Assembly (NCBI GenBank): GCA_040954595.2
Contig: CM082587.2
Coordinates: 9,739,403 to 9,803,402, forward strand
From: Balanoglossus misakiensis
Taxonomy: Eukaryota; Animalia; Hemichordata
Length of the DNA: 64,000 nt
Reading direction: 5' to 3'
Position numbers and translations under genes: made by a program. Shown piece after piece: positions 12,101-23,923 of this stretch. The notes beneath the pieces are model-generated. The model was not told where the DNA came from, did not search any database, and saw nothing but the letters and a program-made list of their open reading frames with translations. The stretch's first letter is position 1. Every line of letters starts with the position of its first letter.

Positions 12101-14069
12101 ATCAGGTGAATAGGCTTATGGGAGAAAAATGACACACGCAAATATTTTATTAACATGGGGACATATGTAATGCAGGTAAATGGCCTTACTAGGAAAAATT
12201 ACACACAAATACATATGTCATGCTTAAACATATCAGATATGTCAACAATTGAACATTGTGACAATATTACAAAACACTATAACTACTTATTCATTCCTAC
12301 TACAGTAATAATAATTATGACATTAATTTCAAATCAACACTGTTTTTTCCTTACCTTTGATCTAGTTTTGAATGTTATCGCCTCTCCCTTTCTAGAGCCA
12401 GGGGTTTGTTCCAGTTTCAGTTTGATTATTTTGGTTGCCACTGTATCGAAACCAGCCATCTTGTCGATTTTTTCAGAACAGTTAGCAATGGTGTCAAGTG
12501 CTTCTTGTGGGGATATAGTACTGGTTGTTTTCACGGTCTCTGGCTGGTGTACCGACCCATTCACATCAATGTCAGTGTCATTGCAATTTACATGTAATTG
12601 CTGTTGCTGTTCAGGGAGCTTGGCTGACGCATAATGATGATCATGGGCAATTGATGTGTAGGGGCAGCTTTCAAAATGGCCTTTCAGATCCCTCAATGGC
12701 AGTTCTCTAGTACATCCCCAATTACTATAATCGCAGTGTATTGTTAGTGAACTTAGGATATTTCCCAACATGACTGGAATCGAAGCAACTAAATTGCTGT
12801 CTATTGTAACCCGACAGACAGGACATGTTGGGGAAACTTTGAACCACTCTGCCAAGCAGGGGGAACAAAATGTGTGGGGGTTAGCACACAGAATTTGGAC
12901 AGGCTCGTCCACAATTTCTTTGCAAATAGGGCAATCGAGTTCTTGGCCAATATATGTGCTGTGAATGAATCGTTGTGGAGACAGTCCCAGTGAACACCTA
13001 AACCTCTTGCCTGCTTTGGTCTTTACAACATTGACGAAATCTATATCAACGGGTGTGTCAGTTTGACTTTGAGTTCCTGAACCCAGCTTCCTATCATCAG
13101 AGTCATGAGGAGTAGACACGATATTTAACTTTTTTTTTCACGTCCTCGTTTCGTCTGTTTTGGTTTCCTTCCGGGTCGAGACCGAAGGCAAACATCACAC
13201 TCACCGTTTCGCGGATGTTTTTTCCACAATGTCACCTTCGTTCTCGGGCTATAGCTAGCTGTACTGGCCTGTGTTACATGTAAACAGTAGTCGACTGTCC
13301 GCTTGCAATTCTTGCAGAAACTATTTGGATGAACTGTCGATTCGTCGTTGTTTACGTCAACATTGAACGTATCGCGCAATTGGGTTTGGAAGCTCTTACA
13401 CGCGTACGAAGTACTGACGATTTTTGTACCACAAATTCTACACAGTGTTGAGATTAGACCCAAATGTGCATCCAAATCTTTCTTGGTGGCCATATTTTGC
13501 TTCAAAGATGATCTGTATTTTGATTTTGGCGCCACAGACACCGGTAACAGGTAGCGTATAGACGCCGTGACCATGGTGACATTGAGTCAATTTACGTCAA
13601 TCACAATCACGAACTCTACAGAAAGTGTAATTACGTAGCCACACGCTAAATTCCGAAGCCACACCAACACTACAAAACGATCGTACATACAGCAAATTAC
13701 CCCAGAAATTTGTTATTTACGTTGTGAAAATTGATTTAATTTTAAATCAAGCTCAAAAAAATACACATCATAATCATGCTCACCTACAGATCGCACGGCT
13801 ACCGTGAAAAAAATCGCCACTAACGCAACCACAAAATCACACTTTGAGGCGATTGCAGTACATCGGGAAGCCAGCAAAATATCAGTGAGGTTGTTCGGAC
13901 ATCTTCGGAAACCAATTATACTTAGCAAATGTCACGATTATGTCCATATTAGGTAGTTACCCCGCCCAGAACTTGCTTCGTCCGATCGGCGGCAATTCTC
14001 AAAAAACATGTGATCGAAATCCCGCCGCGAGTTCTCCCTATACACGAGATCTCGTGCGTTTGACATTGT

Positions 14070-14121
14070 TATTTCTTTACTCCAACTAGAATTCGCCTTA
14101 CGTACGATATTAACAGCCGTG
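14070..14121 (-). repeat. Right TIR of the RAG1-like transposon (conserved block begins after 27 bp)
   Basis: Reverse complement: CACGGCTGT-TAATATCGTACGTAAGGC-GAATTCTAGTTGGAGTAAAGAAATA. Confidence 0.92.
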
Positions 14122-14888
14122 AACCCTCCAAACGCCAAGTCTGTACCTGCTCTGGATGCCGAGATATAGGAAAGTTGGTCAAAGGTCACCTGAGGTCACC
14201 CAAAATTTGGGCAAGAAATTTTGACCCTATACTGGTCCATGTCCCACAAGAACGAAACCTCTAGCCCTATTAGTTAGCCCGGAATTAGATATGCACATAA
14301 TTAATGTGTTAAGCAGGTGTTACAGGTGAGCCCAAAATTTTGCCTTTCATTTTGGCCCCATTGTGCTCACTGACCAATAGACAGTCACTGTACAGGACTA
14401 TTGCACAGACCAGAATTCCACAATAAGATGTGGACATAGCTTAACCATAGAGGTATAAGTAAAGGTATAAATTTAATAAAAAGACTAAAAAATTCATAAA
14501 AAATAAAACATCGATGATATTAACTCAACACTTACAGGTCGATGTGAGGTTGACATATGGTACATGCATACCAATTTTTAAAGCAATCTGACGAGTAGTT
14601 GTTGACTTTCAGAGTTTTGATAAATTTCACATTTTTCCAGCTAATTTGCATATTTTTGGGCCTGGCAACTTTGTTTGGACAAACTCCCATCTACAGCCTA
14701 GCCTGCACCTACACACCAAATATTGAGGTGATACGCGCAGCGGTTTTCAAGTTTTTGATGTGGACGGACATACAGACATACATCCATCCATCCATCCATC
14801 CATCCATACATCCATACATACATACAGACGCAACCGATCCCATAAGGTCCCATGGTATATATGCCTATACCAATGGGACCTAAAAAAA

Positions 14889-15080
14889 CTTTACGCGAGT
14901 CAAGGCGTTAAAGTATGTGAGAATTACACCTTACGCGAGTCAAGGCGTAAAGGTATTCATAAAAAAAACTTTACGCGAGTCAAGGCGTTAAAGTATGTGA
15001 GAATTACACCTTACGCGAGTCAAGGCGTAAAGGTATTCATAAAAAAAAAACTTTACGCGCGTCAAGGCGTAAAGGTATGG
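14889..15080 (+). repeat. ~80-bp tandem repeat (also present at 1-60)
   Basis: CTTTACGCGAGTCAAGGCGTTAAAGTATGTGAGAATTACACC... at 14889 and 14969, with a partial unit at 15051; the same sequence opens the window. Confidence 0.9.
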
Positions 15081-15168
15081 AAAATATAGGTGTACTTAGT
15101 TCTATGCCTTGGAGGTTTAGACTTGCTTCACAAATGACAGAGCCCGAAGTGGGCCAAGGTGTTACATA

Positions 15169-16540
15169 ATGTGGAGGAAACAATATGTACCATGCAAATT
15201 GGTAAGAATGTGTTTTCTGTTGCAGGTGAAGCAACAACTGCAGGTGATGCAGAAAAAGTTGGATGAGTTGCAGCAAATGGCAGACAACAACTCTGTAGAA
15301 GACGCGCATCAAAAGGTTATGGAGATTGCCACGTCGGGAGAGTGGAACATACGACCACAGCTGCTGAATGCTCTGACGTGTTCTTGTTGACCGTGCCTCG
15401 AAAATCGTCATCCAAAGCTTACTAGATATAGGGCCGTGCTAGCCCAGTGTGAAACTAATGAGTTTGGTCAAGATGCTGGCCAATTAATTTTGTTACTTTT
15501 GGGCAATAAGGAGGAGGAGGAAATTGCAGCTAAAGTTGAAAAATTTACTCGTAATACAAAGAAGCCTGATCGTCAGTATTCCCCTGATATTATGGTAGAT
15601 ATAGTTATTCTAGGTCACCGAAGCCCAAAAATTCCAAGTGTTTCGTCTGTGGTGCAGAAGGCCATTTTGCTAGAGATTGTAAGCAAAAGAAATAAATTGT
15701 TGTAACTCAAACGTCACTCGATGTAAGCATGTGTCTTAAAAGCAATAAAGAGTAAATCGCATTACGGTTATTCTAGTCACTTGATGTGTTATTCTTTGAA
15801 TAATGTGGTATTTTGTTGACATTCCCGGATCCTCAGATAGGGGGGCGACTCTTTAAGCCCTTGCCTTTTCGGCTCCCTGCCATTCGCAGGTTCCTGTCTG
15901 GGGGTGCCCTCTTTAAAAAAAAGTCAAAACGGTCACAAATGCTTTATTTTTTGAGGTATCATAGTGTGAATCTTTTCTTTCCAGTTGAACATCCCAGCAT
16001 GGGAAATGCAGCACTTAATCGACATTGGAGTTGGCGTAAGAGAACAATATTCCTGGGTGGACATAGAGGGTGCCCCTAGACAGGGACCGGGTCATTGAGG
16101 TTTGGGTATATTTAGGAAAGGGGGAATGTATGATAGGATTGGGAGATGAGAGGTGTGAGTGTGGGAAATTACGATACCTGGTAGGACCTTCACTGAGGTG
16201 GGGATAGCCGGAAACAATGCGAGCTTCCCAATCCTTAACAATAGGCAATATTCTTGAGCGGAGTGAGTAGGCTTTAAATATTATATTATTCAAAACCTAA
16301 TCACGTAGCGATAATATTCCGCCAGGTGTTATCTCATTAAGGTAGAGGGCCAAAGGGAATGTTGGACGGATAGGCACTAGTTGTAAGGGGCAATTTCCCC
16401 GCCCGCCCGCCCCCCTTGTTTCCGTTGGTATGGTTGGCCTGCACTTCACTCAGGATATGCCTTCAACAATGCGAGCTTCCCAATCCTTAACAATAGGCAA
16501 TATTCTTGAGCGGAGTGATTAGGCTTTAAATATTATATAA
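15169..16540 (+). pseudogene. Degraded gag/pol remnant of a DIRS-like retrotransposon
   Basis: Frameshifted gag-like ORF ending in a zinc knuckle CFVCGAEGHFARDC (CX2CX4HX4C, ~15637-15680), followed by broken pol-like sequence. The family assignment is inference. Confidence 0.55.
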
Positions 16541-17645
16541 TTCTACATTTAGTTTTCTAACTCCATATCTGAATAATCACTGTAATTATTTGTATCATTT
16601 TCATATGCATTTGTTATACTCTCTTGTCAATCTTCCTCAGGTAATTGGTATTCCTGTTCTACCTCTTCTATCTCTAGTATGTCAAACGTTTCAAAAGTAT
16701 CCACCATTTCTTCATTCATAATCATTTCTAGAATCGAATCATCTTCACTTACTCTGTCAATATAACTTCTACTGGTGTTTTCACCACTTCTAGTGTTTTC
16801 ACAGTTTGTTATGTATAGTGGTCTTTATGGAGTTTAGAATGTTATTCCTTCCATCCATGGCATTTGCCATAGACCTCAGCAGTCTATTTAAAACCAACAA
16901 ACTATCTCTACTCTTGGAGGAAAACACAAACGACCCCTTTCTCACCATTATGAAAAGCTTCACAAAGACAAAGTATGTTGCAGTTAAAAGACTGAAAATG
17001 ACTATAGAAAAATATGACTTGCATAGACAGACTGATAAATGCCCAATCAGTTACTATGCCCAGACTGGACAAAAGCCTTTCACTGTCACTCTGCACTGAC
17101 AGCCCAGACAAATGCCAGTTCACACACACACCCTGCAAAGACTAGACTAAATATCAGTTCACAAAAACTCTGCACAGTGCAGACTAGACAATTGTCAGTC
17201 AAACTAAAACCACACAGACTACTCCTACACAGACTGGAAAATGCCTGTTCAGTAATACTCAAACAATAACAGTTAATGAAATTTACCTTTTTAATTTTTA
17301 TTGTCAAATAAATACAATATAATATATAAAAGGTAACAACTGAGGAAAGCAAGATTAATAAAGGAAACTCCTGAATGCAAAAAAGTGTGGGAACTGGCCA
17401 CCAACCACACTAAAGGCAGACTCACTAAAAGTAAAACACCGATCGATCAGCACACTGACGCACTTCTGTCTTCGTTGTCTCCTGAAAGACAAAGAAACAA
17501 ACTGTTAGGCGTACGATAATTATTGGTGAAGTTCTCAACAAGAGATTTGGTACGGCTTCCACACACACACGACACTGCTGCAACAGTGCACGCCAAGCAA
17601 GGAATGATGCTGCCCGGGAAACTTTTCCTCTGGCGCGCTTACTTA
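16540..17645. repeat. ~1.1-kb dispersed repeat, copy 1 (copy 2 at ~20650-21645)
   Basis: Near-identical direct copies; the ORF track gives near-identical peptides at 16806 and 20918. Confidence 0.9.
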
Positions 17646-18333
17646 AAGTCCATGTCCTGTCACATTTTGCTCCGTTTTGTTGTCATTACTCATTTGTATC
17701 CGAGTTATCGCTGTTTCTATTATTGTTACAGAGAAATAAAATATTACAATACAAACTAGTATATATATTGGTATTAAATATCAAATATGGATGTAAATAT
17801 ATTGCGCCAATCTTTAAAAAAACGCCCGAAAAGTTGTAGTGTGCAGAAAATCAGCGCGAATTTTCCGGAAATTGCCGAGTACGCGCCGTTTTCACCCCAT
17901 ACACCTGTGACGTCACTAGTGGAACACATAAACAAACATGTCTGCCATTCGTACGGCGCGGTGCCTGCGGTGGTGAACGATTTTGAAAGTGAAACCGATG
18001 ACTGGGGCTGCATGACTTGTGATGCCAGAAGTGACAGCGCAGGTGGTGATATTGACCAACTTGTAGAGGCTATCGTAATGTCTAGCCAATATCATTACAC
18101 ATTTTCTACAACATCGACACGTCACTATGTTCGAAGTGCTAGTGCTGCACAGCTGAGCGATATTCAGTCGCATAAAACAGTCGACACACGCTAAAATTTA
18201 AAATTGTGTGCATATTTAGTTAGAATGGAAATCACTCGGCAAAATGTTGATATTTATACAGCAGCAATTTAGTGAATGTTGGCAATGTGTACTGTATCGT
18301 GTCATCGTGACTTGCCGTGCCGTTTTTGTTTTA

Positions 18334-19285
18334 GGGACCGTTCAGTTTTTACGGCAGGGGGGGGGGGGCTGGCAAGTTTGTGTCATCGGTTCTCAAAATC
18401 AGGCTGACCCCCCCTTCACCCCGGACCAAAAAATGATGACCCCCCTTTGACAGACCCAAAAATATGATGAACCCCCCCCCCCCCCACGCCCAAAACATTC
18501 GCCGTCCTGATCCTATGTACACTGTATGCAATAAAGGGAATGAGGCTCCTCACACTTCAATTATATATTTCTTAAAGTATTATTGAAGTATATAATAGTA
18601 TATCGTTGCAATAAAGAAATCTATGCACAAATTAAAATGACAAGTCAATACAATAGTTGCTAGAATCGGTAAAACAAGAAAAGTGGCGGGGGTGGGCATG
18701 TCCCCCTCCCACATAAGAAAATTTTGTAAAATACGGTGCTCAAAGTTGCAATTTAATGAACTCAAAAGCAAATTAACTCAATGTTAGGGAGGACCAATTT
18801 TACTTTTTGCCACTCCACTCAAAGTTAGAAGATTTGGCGTCATCTTGTCATTACATCATTTATAAAACTTCTAGTATATAGAAGATGCAGCGCGAAACTA
18901 TCAGTTATGCAAAATGGTTTAAACAATTATTGTCCTTTATGTATTCACTTTGTTAAATATTATCATCGGTGGGGTTGGGGTGGCAAGCACTCTGCCCTGG
19001 TAGACTAGACAAACCAGCAAAAAATGAAATGTGGCGGAGAATGAAGGGTGTGGGTGTGGGAGGGGGTGTCCCCCTCCCACATTAGAAAATTTTGTAAAAT
19101 AAAGGGTGCGAAACTGCAATTTTGTGGACTCCAAAGCAAAAGTTCGGTGGCAAAAGTATGTGACCCCCCCTAAACGTTTAAAAAAAAACAGATGACCCCC
19201 CCCCCTTGTGGACTTCAAAATTTAAGTGACCCCCCCCCCCTGGATTTTGCCGGCCCCCCCCCCGGCTGAAAAACTGCACGGTCCC
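18334..19285. mobile_element. PIF/Harbinger-type MITE
   Basis: TIRs GGGACCGTTCAGTTTTT / AAAAACTGCACGGTCCC; TTA TSD on both sides. Confidence 0.8.
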
Positions 19286-20649
19286 TTATGTTGACAACAT
19301 TTACCACCCAATCCCATGGCCATGCAGTGTTATGCACATGTGCGACGTGGTGAAAGTCTAATCGTTGCAAGAGAAAAGTAAATAGACCCAAAAATATCTA
19401 GACAGTATTTAAATGGTTGTGTAAATATGTCAAATATTTCATCTAGTGACGATTGGCAAATTAAAAATCATAGATTCGGCACCGTTAGCAACCGAACGCA
19501 TCCATAGCACAGCCAAGGCCTCAATCATCAATGGCGTTTGTTGGAAGCGAGCGTTTTCACCAACGGACTTGCGTAAACCATGCGTAAACCAATGGAGGAG
19601 GTAAATTAAAACACAAAGAACCAAAACCCACATACATGTAATCGGTGTTTTTTAATAAATTGATTTAATAAAATGTCTTAGCACGGTAGTTGTTGCTGTT
19701 TTTATACGTATCCTAAATACGAACAACTTCCGAGCAGCTAGCAGTTGACCTAGTGTTTAGGGTTCAGTCTGATCTCAGCCTATTGAAATTCGCCAAAATC
19801 TTACAACAGAGAGCCTCGTTTTCACTTCTATCCAATATGGCGGCCTACCGAAAACTTGAAACCTGCATGCTGGCATGAAAAGAGGTGTACACGCTTTAAT
19901 TTTGGATGACAAGGTTCGTTTTCCATCAATTATTGTCTAAAAGGATGTTGTCTTACGCTTTATGACGCTCGTTTTAGCTGTAATAAATTATTTTGAAACC
20001 CTGCATACTGGCGATGTGGCAGTGACTCGATCGTACGATGTTATGAATGTGAATGCTAATTTTTGAGAAGCGATACAAAAATTAGAGGGTCTTGAGCAGA
20101 AGCGTAAATACGGTTTTTCACAGGGTCTATGTATTAGCTATAACTGTGCCAAGTTTGGTTTGCCTACGGTGAAGCACTTTGACGCGGGGCAGTGTTGAAT
20201 GTGACCTCTCAAGCAACATACTATATGTATAGGACCTCCGTAAGGGTATTTCGATTGCTTAACACGGAAACTCGGCAGATCAAATCACAGTCCCCGGCAG
20301 TCTGCCGGGACTTTACACTGAACATAACATTGCAGATGAGTTATGAGACAATCAATGCTCGATAACAGCCTAGGTTTTGACAATGGATATTCATGTGTTT
20401 TAGAGATTAACCCGGATAAGTGGCGGTCTGCATAGACAGTATGTACATAGTATGCATAGTGGTGACTGTGAGGTTAATCTGACAATGAAATCATGGTGTA
20501 CTACAACAGACTACACTGGTCCAACTCTCCTTTTTCTGACATTGATTGGTAATTTGGCAATTTTTAAAAACATTTTTTTTTCTTTTTGATTATTTCTAAT
20601 TTAAGAATTTTATGTATATTTTTTCAATCAATAAAATTATTGCCAGCCT

Positions 20650-21645
20650 TATAATTCTACATTTAGGTTTCTAACTCCATATCTGAATAATCACTGTAAT
20701 TATTTGTATCATTTTCATATGCATTTGTTGTACTCTCTTGTAAATCTTCCTCAGGTAATTGGTATTCCTGTTCTACCTCTTCTATTTCTAGTATGTCAAA
20801 CGTTTCAAAAGTATCCACCATTTCTTCATTCATAATCATTTCTAGAATTGAATCATCTTCACTTACTCTGTCAATATAACTTCTACTGGTGTTTTTACCA
20901 CTTCTAGTGTTTTCAGTTTGTTATGTATAGTGGTCTTTATGGAGTTTAGAATGTTATTCCTTCCATCCGTGGCATTTGCCATAGACCTCAGCAGTCTATT
21001 TAAAACCAGCAAACTATCTCTACTCTTGGAGGAAAACACAAACGACCCCTTTCTCACCATTATGAAAAGCTTCACAAAGACAAAGTATGTTGCAGTTAAA
21101 AGACTGAAAATGACTATAGAAAAATATGACTTGCATAGACAGACTGATAAATGCCCAATCAGTTACTATGCCCAGACTGGACAAAAGCCTTTCACTGTCA
21201 CTCTGCACAGACAGCCCACACAGACTACTCCTACACAGACTGGAAAATGCCTGTTCAGTAATACTCAAACAATAACAGTTAATGAAATTTACCTTTTTAA
21301 ATTTTATTGTCAAATAAATACAATATAATATATAAAAGGTAACAACTGAGGAAAGCAAGATTAATAAAGGAAACTCCTGAATGCAAAAAAGTGTGGGAAC
21401 TGGCCACCAACCACACAACAGACAGTAAAACACCGATCGATCAGCATAGACGCACTTCTTTCTTCGTTGTCTCCTGAAAGACAAAGAAACAAACTGTAAG
21501 GCGTACGATAATTATTGGTGAAGGTCTCAACAAGAGATTTGAGAAACACTTGCTCCAGCTTCCACACACACACGACACTGCTGCAACAGTGCACGCCAAG
21601 CAAGGAATGATGCTGCCCGGGAAACTTTCCCTCCGGCGCGCTTAC
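20650..21645. repeat. ~1.0-kb dispersed repeat, copy 2
   Basis: Direct repeat of 16540-17645 with an internal ~110-bp indel. Confidence 0.9.
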
Positions 21646-21649
21646 TTCA

Positions 21650-21993
21650 AGGGACAAAGTCTCTCTCACTGCCCTTTTTCCACTAGTTATGTTTGATACA
21701 AGACACTGTTTATGTTAATGTACATGTGGATATATAGTAAATCTACATTCGACCACACACAACTTCCATCCCACTTGTAAGATATGAGAGTAAAAACTCG
21801 CCCAAAATGAATAAATGGTAAAGAACGATTATTCATTTTGGGGAGTTTCTTCACTCTCCTGTCTATAAGAGGGATGGAAGTTGTGTGTGGTTGAACGTTG
21901 ATTCACTATATATCCACATGTAGAATAACAAACGGTGTCTTGTATCAAATATAATTAATGGAAAAAAAGGCAGCTAGAGAGAGACTTTGTCCC
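21650..21993. mobile_element. Kolobok-type TTAA MITE (family also at ~42060-42200, 48725-49065, 57111-57460)
   Basis: TIR AGGGACAAAGTCTCTCTC / GAGAGAGACTTTGTCCCT, internally palindromic, TTAA on the right flank (TTAA on both flanks in the 57111 copy). Confidence 0.75.
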
Positions 21994-21997
21994 TTTA

Positions 21998-23923
21998 AGG
22001 TCTACGGTGACGTCTGGACACCTACTGTCCCATCATTGCGCCAAAAATCATGTCCAATCAGAGCTCTCAGCAAGAAAATTACGAAATTGGACCGGGACAT
22101 AATGATCTAAAATAGCTTGTCACAGTCGCGCATTCGCTACTTCCGGGTATGGATTCCTTCCGCCGCCATGTTAGAACACGGTACATACACACACTCAGTA
22201 AACAGGCGTTCGCAATTTTTCCGGACCTTGAGCAGACTAAAAATACGCAAATTTCGATAAAACAATAATCAACTCAACGATTTATGTCAATTTTCGATTT
22301 TTAAAAACCGGCACTTAGACGCGGGGCAGTGTTGAAAATCACGGAAAAATCGTGAAAGTCCGTACGGGCACACCACTCGAAACGCGTATAACCTAATTCT
22401 TTGGACTAACATTAGCGTGAAATATGATATAAACAGCAACTTACCGGGTATACGTCAGTTTCGGGATGAGAATAATTCTTCTAACGCAGTATTAAGCTGG
22501 AAAAGTGAGATTATCGGTACCTCGGGAAAAAATCCTAACGGACACATACACGGGGGCGCTGTTCATTTGAAATGATTTTATGCAAATGCATGTAAATTAG
22601 GTACCCTGAAATCAGACTGGGGTTCACCCGTAAATAGCTGACATTTCTGAATGCGACGACGCGTCGTAGTACTAGCTTCCAAACACGGCCATGTTTGGAA
22701 TTTGGAAGCGGGTTGCTGCATTTGTGGGGAAAATAAATCGTTGGTATTTACTGTTTATGTGATTTTAAGGAGGGTACGGCACCTGGAACTAAATCCAGCC
22801 TCGTCCTATAACCTGCTGACCAGTGTACGTAACAAACGAAGTGATCTGGCGCACACAAGTGTGCACCACAAATGATACCTGTCTCGCATTTTACTCAGTC
22901 AGTACGCCTAGTAACCCGTTTCAAAGCTACTCCTGGGTCACTGGGAAAGCTCTGCATCGATATACCGTCGTTAAATTCATGTTGCTACACCCACCAACAA
23001 CACCGTATTTCACAATTTTTGAAGTAGACGCCGGCGTTCAATGCACAACGCAAGTCATGATATTCTTTTGTGTTCCACTAGTGACGTCATTTTCCCATTA
23101 GGGACGCGCGACATCCGAAACTTCACGATCAGCGGCATACCACAAAAGTCACCCCAAAATTACGTTTTTTTCTGTTAAAAAACACATTTTTGAAAGATTT
23201 TTTTTTGCCCTTTTCCAGGAAAAATAGTATGCTTGGACATGACATCGTTTATTCCTGTTTAAATTAATGTAAAATTTTGCCAGGACCTGGAATTTAAGGT
23301 CTACGATGACGTCTGGACACCTACTGTCCCATCATTGCGCGAAAAATTATGTCCAATCAGAGCTCTTAGCAAGAAAATTACGAAATTGGACCGGGACATA
23401 ATGATCGAAAATAGCTTGCCACAGTCGCGCATTCGCTACTTCCGGGTATGGATTCCTTCCGCCGCCATGTTAGAACACGGTACATACACACACTCAGTAC
23501 ACAGGCATTCGCAATTTTTCCGGACCTTGAGCAGACTACAAATACGCAAATTTCGATAAAACAATAATCAACTCAACGATTTATGTCCATTTTCGATTTT
23601 TAAAAACCGGCACATAGACGCGGGGCAGTGTTGAAAATCACGGAAAAATCGTGGAGGTCCGTACGGGCACACCACTCGAAACGAGTATGACCTAATTCTT
23701 TGGACTAACAATGGCGTGAAATATGATAGAAACAGCAACTTACCGGGTATACGTCAGTTTCGGGATGAGAATAATTCTTCTAACGCAGTATTAAGCTGGA
23801 AAAGTGAGATTATCGGTACCTCGGGAAAAAATCCTAACGGACGCATACTTAAGCACGGGGGCGCTGTTCATTTGAAATGATTTTACGCAAATGCATGTAA
23901 ATTAGGTACCCTGAAATCAGACT
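21998..23923. repeat. TTAA-flanked repeat with partial tandem duplication
   Basis: 21998-22620 is repeated at 23298-23923 (TTAAGGTCTACG.TGACGTCTGGACAC...). Confidence 0.75.

Larger units (their letters stand above)
3528..13493 (-). pseudogene. RAG1-like (Chapaev) transposase, 10 exons, ~1059 aa when repaired; disrupted by a 1-bp homopolymer frameshift and a nested insertion
   Basis: Exons 13493-12355, 12114-11831, 11693-11478, 11138-10893, 10423-10347, 10120-9918, 9512-9148(+5390), 5060-4908, 4492-4309, 3838-3528, all GT-AG with matching phases. Motifs: H-x7-CRICG...D-x4-HP..FC..C (Chapa/RAG1 N-terminal finger); RING CPIC...C.NPHTFC..C...CPVC; C-x6-C...H-x3-C finger; catalytic candidates GGDKG, AGDYE and EQGIE; zinc-ligand candidates YFCLWC and KMHLLECH; PALHISLG resembles RAG1 DALHCDIG. 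Confidence 0.9.
2901..14121 (-). mobile_element. Chapaev/N-RAG-TP-type DNA transposon with RAG1-like transposase
   Basis: Termini CACAGCCGT... and ...ACAGCCGTG; 4-bp TSD AACC at 2897-2900 and 14122-14125. The empty site AGTCCCAACCCTCC is seen in neighbouring satellite units. Identical 25-bp inverted block at 2919-2943 and 14070-14094. CAC/GTG ends and a 4-bp TSD are Chapaev hallmarks. Confidence 0.93.
61..14887 (+). mobile_element. Non-autonomous Helentron-type (HINE/Pearl-like) element with a 240-bp tandem core; host of nested insertions
   Basis: 5' subterminal GGTCCCAT (~80) matches the 3' hairpin GGTCCCATGGT...CCAATGGGACC (14846-14880), which follows a (CCAT/ACAT)n microsatellite and precedes an A-run. 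The internal 240-bp repeats continue across the 2901-14121 insertion. The 5' boundary is approximate. Confidence 0.6.

Noticed and set aside
3528-13493. Calling the gene a true RAG1/ProtoRAG (RAG1L) orthologue
   Set aside because: The 4-bp TSD (RAG and Transib give 5 bp), GGDKGGG instead of DGMGD at the first Asp, and the absence of RAG2 fit Chapaev/N-RAG-TP better, so no gene symbol was assigned.
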